Assembly: GCA_016748015.1 (NCBI GenBank)
Contig: JAAOMT010000697.1
Location: forward strand, 129,424-193,423
DNA: 64,000 nucleotides
Reading direction: 5' to 3'
Origin: Geosiphon pyriformis uo1
Lineage: Eukaryota > Fungi > Glomeromycota
In this document: in pieces, positions 39,030-50,721 of the stretch
Layout: each line of letters starts with the position of its first letter
Position numbering within the stretch: position 1 is the stretch's first letter
The notes under the pieces: model-generated
The model's input: the letters and a program-made list of their open reading frames with translations, nothing else
What the model was told of the DNA's origin: nothing
The model's database searches: none
Translations under genes and position numbers: made by a program

Positions 39030-39790
39030 TTATTATTAAAATTTTTGGTTATTTTTAAAGATATTATTAATATTATTTTTGTTGTTAATTTTATTATTAA
39101 TAAAGTTAAAAAATTTTTAATAAGTTAATTAATTTTTAAAGTATTTTTTTATATTTTAAATTATTATTGCTGTTAAACTTATAATAAAATAGCTAATTTT
39201 GTGTTAATTATTTTGTGTAATTACTTTGTAATAAAAATTAACTCTTTTGTAAAAAAATTTATTTGTAAATATTTTAATAATACATAATTATTTTGTTATA
39301 AAAACCAATTTTTTTATAAAAAATATTGACCATAGATTATTTAATAATATAAAAAAGAAAAAAAATTAAATTAAATTAAAAAATATATAAAAAAAATAAT
39401 TTTTGATTTAAGTTTAAAATATTAATTAAAATTTTAAATTTTAAACAAAAATAATTAAAAAAAAAGGTTGGTTTTTTAAAATAAATTTATTGATTTATAA
39501 TAGCTAAATTATTTGCTAAAAAAACTTTTTTTTTATATAATTTATTGTAGTATTATTTTATAATTTTGTATTTTTTTTTTAATATTTTGGCAAATTAAGA
39601 TATATTTTAGTAAATTGCAAATTATTTTTATAAATTATTAATTATTTTGGTGAATTGTTAAATATTTTAAATTTTTAAATATTTTGTTAAATTTCTAAAT
39701 ATTTTAACAAAATTTTAAATATTATATAATTTAAAATATTATTTAATCTAATTATTATAATTAATTATATTTATATATTATACAAATAAA
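39030..39790 (-). repeat. Extremely GC-depleted fossil LTR related to the copy 1/2 LTRs
   Basis: tgtgtaattactttgtaataaaaattaactctttt (39215) aligns with LTR tgtgtagttactttgctgtgaaagtcaactcttct; ttatataatttattgtagtatta (39533) aligns with ttatacaacttgttgtagtacta. Confidence 0.7.
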
Positions 39791-39825
39791 ATTAAATACA
39801 TAATATATGTATTTAAATAAAAAAA

Positions 39826-40833
39826 ACTTCTTTCTCTCTTTTGTCTAAAATTTCCAAAAAGAATTAAGTTTTTTTTCTAAAAGAAGTTTTTACAATTTAG
39901 TACAATAAATCTAAACTTTTTTTGCTTGATTACAAAGCCACTATTGGCTATAGTATTGCTGTGATAAAGAAGTTTGCTAAAAGCTTTGGTCTTGTTAATA
40001 ATGGAAAAGACATTAAAAGGGATGTTGAAAAAGAAAGGTGGTGTTTTGAAGAATGATACTTTTAGTAAATTGGTCTTGTTTAGAAAAGCTGTTGGTAGTT
40101 CTTAGAAGTCTGAGGCTGGTAATATTACTGAATCTAATAGTGTTAATATAAAGGAGGAGTGTTTGGTAGAGGAAACCAGTGTGGATTATGGTAAAAGAAG
40201 TTTGTTTATAGAAGGTAATTCTAGCCAAACACCAAAGGATCCAAGATTGGTCACCAAAAAAGCCCTGGACATGTTATTAGAAAAAATCAACTTTTTGAAT
40301 AATGATGATAATAATGACATTTTTTTGAATATTCCTGTAGTTCTCTCTCCCTCTTTGAAGAATTTGGTCAATGTTTCTGTTTGGAAATCTTTTGCTATGA
40401 ATATTGAGCTTGATAAGATGGCCAGAAAATCTTTTCAAGAAAAGCTGGTGGTGGTCAGAAAATTATTTTCAAAAGTCAATGGTTTTGAAGGAGTCTTTAC
40501 TCTCTCAAAATTCTCAGAAATCATCTGTGCTTTCTTTACTTCTGAATCTAGTTTGGCACAGACTATAGAAAAGATAAGAGCAGCAAATATTTTGGTAAAT
40601 ACTGATTTCAAAAAATCAACTAGTCATTCAGATCAGACTGTGGTGGTAAAAAAAATTCCAGTTAAAATATTGGCTAAGGCTATGCACACTGCACTATCTA
40701 AGTTTGGAATAATTAAGTCAATTAAAATGCAATTGGTGGGACTGTGGCAGAAAGCAGTAGTGAAATTTAAGCAATCAAATTATGCTGATTTGGTTGCAGC
40801 TGAATAATTTATCTTAATTAGGAAGAATGCCAT
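39826..40833 (+). mobile_element. LINE-B 5' part (5' UTR and ORF1 N-terminal half)
   Basis: ORF 40163-40807 is RRM-like (VVVKKIPV...LSKFGIIKSIKMQLVGLWQKAVVKF). The frame rejoins 50726 onward once the LTR element is removed. Confidence 0.85.
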
Positions 40834-41825
40834 TGTTACTAGAGATTTTTGGTCTCTTTTCTTGAATGTTGTAAATGTCTGTTGGTTGCAAATTCACGTT
40901 TTTTAGAAGTAGTTGAACCTCCAATAACTGAATTTATCTTCAAATTATCTTCTATAATTTGAACTTGCTGGGCTTATAAGTGGAATGGCCAATTCCTTGC
41001 CAGTTACTTTATGTAGTTATATTGTAGTAAATGTCAACTCTTTCCCAGGAATTGCTTGTTTAGAAGCTCACTAAAAATGTGTAGTTACTTTGCTGTGAAA
41101 GTCAACTCTTCTACAGGAATCTTATCTGTAGGCTATCCTAATGATTATAATAAGAAAATAAAAGAAAAGTAAAAAAAAAGTAAAAAAAATTAAATTCTGT
41201 CAAGGGAAACGTTTTCTATCCAGACTTGGAGTCACTAACAGTTTACTGAAATTGGTAGCTAATCAATTTCAAAACGTTAGTTGGGTTTTGGGGATTTTCC
41301 AAGTGCAATAATTAAAAAATTTGGTTTTTCAAATTATTTGATATTTATTTCTTTTTGTGTGTATAGAAATGGTTCTAAGTGATAAATCTAAAGTAAGATA
41401 CATTTTTTTGAAGAGAAAAGCTCTTTTTTTATACAACTTGTTGTAGTACTAATCTATGAACTTGCACTTTTTCTTTTTGCTCAAATTTCGGCAAACTAAA
41501 GATACATTTTGATGGATTACAAGTTATTTTACTAAATTATTAATTAATTTGGGTGAACTATTCATAATTTCGGCGAATTTCTATAAATTTTGGCGAATTT
41601 TTTATAAATTTTGGCGAATTTCTGAATGTTACAAAGTTCAGGGTATTGTGTAATTTGATCATTCTACTTTTTGTTATACTAATTGAATTATTTAATTGAA
41701 TCGTGATATGTGATAATTGATTAAATAATAAATGATAATTTGAAATGATATTAATATACTAATTAATTATAGGAATTATAAGAGTAATTTCATGCTAATT
41801 AATAGCTAAAATTCTACTGATAACA
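40834..41825 (-). repeat. 3' LTR of copy 2
   Basis: TGTTACTAG...CTGATAACA; direct repeat of 49742-50721. Confidence 0.95.
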
Positions 41826-42513
41826 TAATCTCCTCCTCAAGACTGAGCTCTGTCGAAGTCCAAGTACTATCTGTGATATTAAGATAGTGATCCAAAATAA
41901 TTGAAGTAATCTGGTCTGAAAATTGTTGAAATTTCAGTTCTGTGAGTTTGCCAATGTATTGGACTTTCATTGGTTGCAGTATTGGATTTTGTAGAACATT
42001 TTCACAAGTATTAAACAAATCATAGAGTCTAAAAGCTGCTCTAAGTTTGTAGTGAGTGTTTGTTGGTCTAGCTGCTGTTTTGAATTCATTATGAGTTTGT
42101 TTTTGTATAGCTTTAGGAGTGAGATTTGTTGTTTCAAGTTCCAGTTTTTGTTCATAAAGTGTCTTTCTAATGTGAAAGTATTTATAGATAGGGGTGTGTT
42201 TATTGTTTTGTTCATTGAAAAGTAGTAGAAGTTTTTGTTGCATTGTAGCATTTGGTGAAATGTCAATAGGAGCAATTAAAAGATTTTCTTCCAGTGCTTG
42301 CTTCAAAAGTCTTGGTAACTTATTTTCAGAGTGACTTTTTGTTTTTCTTCTATAAGAGTGATAGTTCTGTAAATAATTTACTACTGAGACTGTGGTTTCT
42401 TTCTAAATGTAATTAATTTGACTTCTATTAATTGTTATGGATAAGTTAGGAAGTGTTTTTAAGGTTAACATTAACTTTTGGGATATTTGTTGAATATTTT
42501 GGGGAATAATCAT
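41806..42513 (-). pseudogene. ORF3 of copy 2 (236 codons, at least one premature TAG)
   Basis: Starts MIIPQNIQQISQKL and is in frame with ORF 41806-42306; collinear with copy 1 ORF3. Confidence 0.8.
41829..41838 (-). promoter_or_regulatory. Polypurine tract
   Basis: GAGGAGGAGA 3 nt before the 3' LTR on the minus strand. Confidence 0.8.
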
Positions 42514-42658
42514 GATAAAATTGACTAATTATGAAAAGGAAAAATAAAGAAAATTATTTTTGAATATGGAGTTTTTATTTGTTTTTGGGTTTGGGTGTTT
42601 TTTGTAATTATTTATTATTTTTTGTCTTTGTGTTTTTATTAAAGAATTATTGTAAAAT

Positions 42659-44034
42659 TTAAGTGTTCAAGTTTGGTTGTTGTTCTATTATAATTATTGG
42701 TTCTAAATTTCGGGGAATATCTTCAGGATTAATTAAAGAGGAATGTGTACCAATTTGTGGAATTAATGGTTCAAGATTGTTTCTGGAATGATAGTGTTTT
42801 AATCTGTCTCTATGTGCAACTTTTGCTAGTATTTTGTCATCAAGTCTTAACTTGTATGATAGAATTTCGTGAATATAAAATGGTCCATCCCATTTATGTT
42901 CAAATTTTCCACTCCATTGTTTTCAGCCTTAGTTCTGTATAAGAGAACTTTATTTCTAACTTTAAATTCATTAGTTATGAGTGGTAATTTGTTGTCATGT
43001 CTTTCTTTTTGTTGAGCTTGGGAATGTTCAATATGAGTTGCTATTATTCTTCTTTTTCCTTCCAGTGTACTAAGAAGAGTGTAGGCTCTTCTTTGGAGTG
43101 TTTCTTGAAAGTTTTTTTCATTGATTGGTTGCACTGGGTATGTTTCCACTGTGAAATTAATTGGTAATGTTGCTGTCCTTCCATAAGTACAGTCAAATGG
43201 TGTGTGTTTTATAATATCTTGTTTTAGTGTTCTGTATGCTAATAATACTGATGGAATAAAGATATCCCATTCCTGCTCAAAATCTGTTGAGACTTTGGCC
43301 AATGATTCACACAATGTTCTGTTGAAATGTTTTATAAGTTCATTTGTTTGAGAGTGATAAGACGATAATAGAGGTCTTTTGACATTGAATTGTTCCCAAA
43401 TTTTTTGTATTAAGTTGTTCACAAAATGTGTTCCTTGATCAGATAAAAGTTCAATTGGACATCCATATCTACAAATAATGTCTTCATAGATGAAATTTGC
43501 TACTGATTTTGCATCTGCTCTTTGGATGGTTCTAGCTTCAGGCCATTTGGTAAGATAATCTACTGCTACTGCAATATAGCAATTTCCTTGGGTTGTAATA
43601 GATAATGGTCTGATTAAATCAATTCCAAATCTGTTAAATGGTTATCCAACTTTGATTGGATTTAAAGGTTCTGTGGGGCAAGTTTCTCCTCTTCTTTGAC
43701 AACTATCACAAGATTCTACATATTGTCAAATGTTTTTTTGCATGTAAGGCCAAAAATAATGTTCAAGAGTTTTTTAAATTGTTCCATCTCTTCCCAAGTG
43801 TGCTGAAGACAGATCTGTGTGCATGTTATATAAAATTGTTTTTTTTTTATTTTCCTGTACTAATCTGAGTGGTTGGTTTGGGTTTTTACGATTTTTGTAA
43901 TAAATTTTGTTGTGGTGTATAAAATATTGTTTGGATTGGTGTTGTAATCGATGTTTTTCACTTGGGGACCAATTTTCTGGCATGGTAAGAGTCTCCAAAT
44001 AGTTTTTGATGTTGTTGTAGTTTTCTGGATCTAT
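42659..44034 (-). pseudogene. Stand-alone integrase ORF of copy 2 (start codon ATG changed to ATA)
   Basis: [M]DPENYNNIKNYLETL...HLGRDGT...SDQGTHF...FNRTLCESL...WDGPF. Confidence 0.88.
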
Positions 44035-44090
44035 TGTTGTTGATTTTGTTGTTTGTTCTACTATTAAGTTTGTTGGTGTTGATGTTGGTA

Positions 44091-47000
44091 TTAATATTGT
44101 CTCATCTTTGAGAGACTGTCAACATTAGTGTGTATTTTTCCTGGTTTGTGGTGTACAATATATTTGTAGTCTGCTAAGAAGTTATTCCATCGAGACTGTT
44201 TGGCATTTTGTTCAGTTTTCTTTTTATTGAGCCATTTGAGACCAATATTGTCAGTTATGATGTCAAATTCTTTTTCATACTTCAAATATTGTTAAAAATG
44301 TTTAAAAACCCAGATGACTGTGGCAGCTTCTAATTCAGTTGAGCCATATTTTAGTTCTGTTGGTTTGAGTGTTCTACTAGTATAGGCGATGACTTGTTCT
44401 TACCCATTTTCATTCAATTGTAATAAGATGATACCAAATGCTATTTGTGAAGCATTAGTGGCTAATTGGAACCATTTGTTGAAATCTGGGTAAGCAAGAA
44501 CTGGGGCTGTTGTCAATTTTGTTTTGAGAGTTTCAAAAGCTTTTTGTTGTTCTTTAGTCCATTTGTATGGCACGTTTTTGTTGGTAAGATAATTGAGTAA
44601 TTTGGCAATTTCTGAGAATCCTTTTATGAATTTTTGATAGTAAGAGACTAGTCTTACAAATCCTCATAGTTCTGTAGTATTTCTGAAAGGTTGAAAGTTT
44701 TTGACAGCACTGATTGTTTCTGGGTTTGGTTTGACTCCATTTTTACTAACTATGTGTCCAAGAAAGATCAAGCTTGTTTTTCTAAAGTGACATTTTTCAA
44801 TGTTTAACTTTAATCTTGCTTTCTGTAATCATTGAAAAACTTCTCATAGGTGAATAAAGCTTGGTAAATATACATCAGTGTCATCAAGATAGACAACTAC
44901 TGATTGCCACAAGAGCCCTTTATATACAACATCCATGAGTCACTAAAATGTTGCTGGTGTATTGCAGAGTCCAAAAAGCATAACATTGAACTCATAGTTT
45001 CCTTTTTGGATGGTAAATGCTGTTTTGGGTCAGTCTTTTGGGTCCATTTCGACTTGCCAGTATCCACTTTCCAAGTCCAAAGTTGAGAAGAACTTGGCTT
45101 TTTCTAAAGCATCTAACATGTCATCAATTCTTGGAAGAAGGTAGGCATCTCCAATTATCACACTGTTCAATTGGCGATAGTCAACACAAAATCTGATTTT
45201 TCCATTTTTCTTTTTGATAAGGACTACTGGTGAGGCCCAAAGACTTCTTAATAGTTGAATCAATCCATTATTAAGCATTCTCTGAACTTCTTCTCTGATG
45301 AATTGGTGACTGGCAGGTGGCACTCTGTAAACTTGCTGATGTTTTGGTGGAGCATTTCCTGTATGGATCTGATGTTGAATAATATCCATTTTTCTCAGGT
45401 TATTGTTGTCTTTTGCAAATATATCTGCAAATTCAGCTATCAATTGTTTCAATTGTCTTTGTTGTTGAGGTTCTAAGGAACCCATGTTGATTCGAAAGAG
45501 TTTTTTTTCCAAAAGATGGTAGTTTTCAGTAATGTAAATAATATTTGGATTTGGGAGTAGAGTATGCTTTACAATTTCGATAAAATTAGAAACAATTTGA
45601 GGGTTTTTATCTTGAAAAATATTGCTGTGTATGATTTCAATCTCTAATTTATTTAATAAGACAATAGGGTAATTATTGGGGTTGTAGAATGTAATTCAAA
45701 ATTTTTTCATTCCTTTGGAAATATAAATATTTGGAATTGAGATTTCATGCTTCAAACAGATTTGTTTATTGGATTCAAAGATTTGTTGGGTAGTAGTGGG
45801 TTTTGAGCAAGTGTAAATTTCGTGATGTTCTCCAAAAGGTGAAATAGTAATTGGTTGAGGAAGTTGAAAAATCTGGTGAGATTCATTTTGTATTTTAAGG
45901 GCTATATTTACTGAAACTGTAAATCATCCAGTTGAACCAAAACCTTGAGTTCTTCTTTCACTTTTTTCCAATTGTTCTCTGTTGTTAACTGATCGTAGAC
46001 CCGAAATATTGATTAAGGGTAAGTAAATTGCTTGAGCAATTTTTTCAGCATGTTCAATCTTGAATGGTTTGTCTGTTTCATTCTGCAACATAATGGTAAT
46101 GTCTCCAATATATTCTGCATCTATAACTCCTCCTCTAATATTAATTCCTTTGCTTGTCAATAATGATCTGGAGGCAATTTGAACCATTGCTCTAGGTGGA
46201 ATTTCAAGAGCAATTTTGAGATTGATTTTTGTCAAAGACTTTGGTTGAATAACCAAAGTATCTTTTCTGGGTATTTTAGGTCATATCTGGCATCAATTTC
46301 ATGTGCTTTTTCTGGTCTGATTCCTTGGCCATAGTTGTCAAAATATTTAAGTTGTAGAGGTGATTGCTTTTCAAGGAGATAAATGAAGGTGGTTGGTAGT
46401 TCTTCTACTAGTTCAGATACTCCAAATTCGATTTCATTTTTATCATTCTCATTTGGCAGAGGAATGCTAAGAGCATAGTATTCTAAACACCATTGGTCAT
46501 CACAAGGCATGATGTATTCTTCACATAATTGAATGTTCATTTGCTCTAATTGTTGAATTTGAGCTTCTTTGGTCAGATATGTGTGGCTTGCAATTTGGTG
46601 ATATGTTTCTGCTTCATCTTCATAATCAAATCCAGCTAATTCCATGGTATACTCAATGTATTTAGCTTCTTTTATTTGACAGACATTTTTTTAAGTGGCT
46701 CTATTGATCAATGCTATTGCTAGGTCAAAAATCATTTCAGCATTATAAGGGTAGTGGTAAAGTTTATTGAGAGCACTGTTGTATGCTGTATCAAATAGTG
46801 TTCCTCTTCTGACTTTTTCCGAAATTAATAGAGCATATTAACAGATTTGATCACATACTTTTCTTTTCATTGCAACATCAATCCAGTTGCATTCTTCTGA
46901 TAACATATCTCCACATGTAAAGCAAGGTGTGTTGTCCTATTTTCCACTTCTTTTTGGAGATCCAAATCGTTCTCTATGGCATGCTTTGCAAAAATAACAG

Positions 47001-49696
47001 GTATGAGTTTCATATTTCTCTTCTGGAGAAATACATGCTCCCATTGATGAAAGTTTCTTGTTGCAATCTTTGTATTTGAGTGGAATATAAGGTGGTTGTT
47101 TCCATGGTTCTGGTGTAGAATATCTAACTTTCTTTTATCCTCTTGATTCTTCAAAAATCTCCTGTTCTGTTTCTTCAGCCCAATTAGATGTTGATCCAAG
47201 AGCCATGTAGGTTTTAGTAAGTGGCATTTCTTTCTCCTCTTCAAATTCAAATACTGGGGCTTTTTCTGATTGTTTGTTAAAAGTACCACAAGTAACAGGT
47301 ACTATGGTGTATTGTCCTTGGTATGAGATTTTTAATTCCTGAGTTTCCCAGTCCAAGTTTGCATTGGTTTTAAGAAGCCAATCATTTCCGACCAAAGCTT
47401 GGTATTGGGGTGCATCCATAACTAGAACTTTGACTGGAATGATGATTCCATCAATAGTGAATGGAAAATTGTCAATTTTTTCTACTGGTGTCTTTTTCAT
47501 ACCATCTGCTATAACAATTACAGTTTGGGCTGGTCTGTCAACAGTTCTTTGAAGCTGTTGTATTAACTGGTAAGTGATAATACTTCCAGCTGATCCACTG
47601 TCTAGAATTAGTCAGATGGGTTTTTCTTCTACTGTAGCTTCAGTGTACATGGCAGTGATAGCTTTTTGTTCATTAACTGCTGCATTACTAAGCAAGAATG
47701 GTGATTCATTTGCTTTAAATTCGAATGGAAATATATCTGAAAGGTTGGCATTTTGGGCAATTTGAGCTGGTGGAATAGTGTTGTTGGAAGGGTTTGATTT
47801 GGGTGCTACAACTTTACCTTCAGAAAGTACAGATTGTTGAAAATCCGATTCCTCTGGTATTGTAAGATAACTGGATTGAGTGTAATAGTAATTGGGTCTT
47901 TGCTGACCAGAATTTTGGGAAACCAATTGGTTATTTGGATTAATTTTGTTGTTGTTATTCTGAAATTGATTTTGGAGTGTGAATTGGTTATGTTGAACCA
48001 ATTTTCTTGCTGGTACTTGATATTGTTGAGTAGATGGTGTCTGATATTGCTAAATTGGTAAAGGTTGCTGATATTGTTGTTGAATTGGTTGTGGAGCTGG
48101 TTGATAATAGCTGTTTTGAATTTGTGGTTTCAGTGAATAATAAGTTGGTAATGGGGATTGGTAATAAGATTGTTGTGGTGAAAAGTAATGTTGATTACTC
48201 TTGTTATGTTGATCTCTTTGTAGTTTCCTGCAATCTCGTTTCCAGTGTCCTGAAATTCCACAATAGTGACAATTTTGAGATTGGTTGTTGGATGGTGATC
48301 CAAAGTTGTTTTGTTGCTGTGGTGGTTGATATTTTTGTAGTTGTTGCTGCTGTTGTTGCTGGTTTGTAAAATAGCTTTCAACCTTTTTTGTGAGTTGGTC
48401 TATCTTTTCTTCAGCTGCTGAGCTGGTTTCTCCAATAGCCAAGTTAACAAGTTTGGTGTGGTTCACTTCTTCCATAGCCATTTCATAATTCTTTGCATGT
48501 CTAATAGCAGTTGCTAAGTCTGCTGAAGCATGTGGATGGACTTTTTTAATCAGTTTGTCTTTTAACCCTGCTATAAACTGATTCAGAATTTGAGCATCAG
48601 AATAGTAGTCATTGGTTTCCAATTGTCAAATTTGTCTGAAAAGTTTGTTGAATCTTCCAAAATAAATCATAACAGTTTCAGATGTTTCTTGCTTAATATT
48701 GTGAAAGTGGTTTTTGAGAGTGATAGAAGTGTTGTTGTCAGTGAATTGTTGTAGAAAAGCATTTTTGAATGCTTGCCAGTTTTTAAATGGTTCTTCTAAG
48801 TTTTTAAACCATTCTTCTGCAGTTCCTTAGAGAAAGTATGAAATTGCTTTGAGCATTCTTGCTGCATTCCAACTATTTGCATCTTCTGCTTTTTGAACTT
48901 TGTCAAGCCATTCTTGAGGACTGGTATTATTATCTTTACCCGTGAATTCTGGAATTTTTGCAATATAAGCAGTTGCCATTTCTTTTTCATTTTCTGTGGC
49001 TTCTTCTGGTTCTGGTTTAGTTTCTTCACTTTTCAAGCTTTCTGAATGATTACTTTCGTTTTCCTGTAAATAATCAATGATATTGGCACTTGTTTATATT
49101 GGTTCCTGTTGTTGAGTAAGATTTCTAGGTGACTGAAAATCTTCTGGTCTGGAGAAATGGTTAAGTGGTAAACTTGGTGTTTGTGATTGAACAAGTGAAA
49201 TTGGAAATGGTGTAATAGAAAGTGGTAATTTGACACTGGTTCCTTGTTCAGGTGTTTGCAAGTGTTTGGCAGTTGTTTTTGGTAGTATTGAAGTGTTTGA
49301 AGTGGTTCTTGAGTATTGTTTCACTTTTTGTTTGCCTTTGTTGCTTGTCTCTGTTTTTGATTCAAAGTTAAAAGAATATTTGGGCTGTACTGGGTATTTT
49401 TCTTCACAGTACTCAATAATATTAAAATTAAGTTCTTGGAAGTAGGTAGCAAGTGTTTCACTGTTCAGGTCTTCTGTTCCCAATTGTGAATAGTGCACTA
49501 AATTATTGTAGAGGTTGCTTCTAACTTCTAAAATGTTGTAGTTTCCAAAAAGATAATTGTTGATACAATTTTCAATATATTGGTATACTGATTTTTTGAC
49601 AACTTCAATTCCGTCTGGGATGTTGAATTTTTGCTTGCAGTGGGTGTAAATTGACTGATGATACTCTAGAGTTGTTGTGTCTGGTGTGGTCGCCAC
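44091..49696 (-). pseudogene. gag-pol ORF of copy 2: Gag - CCHC - protease - Cys-rich domain - dUTPase (~45927-46355) - RT - RNase H
   Basis: ORF fragments starting at 49696, 49036, 48622, 48001, 47500 and 46645 share one frame, so there is no gag/pol frameshift; ends LSKMRQY*. Confidence 0.92.
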
Positions 49697-49723
49697 TTTG
49701 AATTTGTTGTTGCTGTGTTATTT

Positions 49724-49739
49724 CCATGGGAGAGCACCA
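49724..49739 (-). promoter_or_regulatory. Primer binding site
   Basis: TGGTGCTCTCCCATGG 2 nt after the 5' LTR; starts with TGG, complementary to tRNA CCA. tRNA species not determined. Confidence 0.8.
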
Positions 49740-49741
49740 AA

Positions 49742-50721
49742 TGTTACTAGAGGTTTTTGGTCTCTTTTCTTGAATGTTGTAAATGTCTGTTGGTTGCAAA
49801 TTCACATTTTCTAGAAGTAGTTGAACCTTCAATAACTGAATTTATCTTCAAATTATCTTCTATAATTTGAACTTGCTGGGCTTATAAGTGGAATGGCCAA
49901 TTCCTTGCCAGTTACTTTATGTAGTTACATTGTAGTAAATGTCAACTCTTTTCCAGGAATTGCTCATCTGGAAGCTCACTAAAAATGTGTAGTTACTTTG
50001 CTATAAAAGTCAACTTTTTTACAAAAATCTTGTTTGTAGGCTACCCTAATAATTATAATAAGAAAATAAAAGAAATGTAAAAGAAATTGAATTTTGTTAA
50101 GGGAAACGTTTTCTATCCAGGCCTGGAGTCACTAACAGTTTACTGAAATTGGTAGCTAATCAATTTCAAAATGTTAGTTGGGTTTTGGGGATTTTCCAAG
50201 TGCAATAATTAAAGAATTTGGTTTTTCAAATTATTTGATATTTTTTTTTTTTGTGTGTGTAGGAATGGTTCTAAGTGATAAATCTAAAGTAAAATACATT
50301 TTCTTGAAGAGAAAAGCTCTTTTTTTATACAACTTGTTGTAGTACTAGTTTATGAACTTGCACTTTTTCTCTTTGCTCAAATTTTGGCAAACTAAAGATA
50401 CATTTTGATGGACTACAAGTTATTTTGCTAAACTATTGATTAATTTGGGTGAACTATTCATAATTTCGGCGAATTTCTATAAATTTCGGCGAATTTTTTA
50501 TAAATTTCGGCAAATTTCTGAATGTTACAAAGTTCAGGGTATTGTGTAATTTGATCATCCTACTTTTTGTTATACTAATTGGATTATTTAATTGAATCAT
50601 AATATGTGATAATTGATTAAATAATAAATGATAATTTGAAATGATATTAATATACTAATTAATTATAGGAATTATAAGAGTAATTTCATGCTAATTAATA
50701 GCTAAAATTCTACTGGTAATA
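49742..50721 (-). repeat. 5' LTR of copy 2
   Basis: TGTTACTAG...CTGGTAATA; direct repeat of 40834-41825. Confidence 0.95.

Larger units (their letters stand above)
40834..50721 (-). mobile_element. Full-length (9.9 kb) Ty3/Gypsy-type LTR retrotransposon copy 2 with 4-bp TSD CCAT, degenerate
   Basis: Paired LTRs; TSD ccat at 40830-40833 and 50722-50725; PBS and PPT; gag CCHC (CHYCGISGHWKRDC), protease ILDSGSAG, dUTPase, RT VYLDDT, RNase H, integrase, ORF3. Confidence 0.96.
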
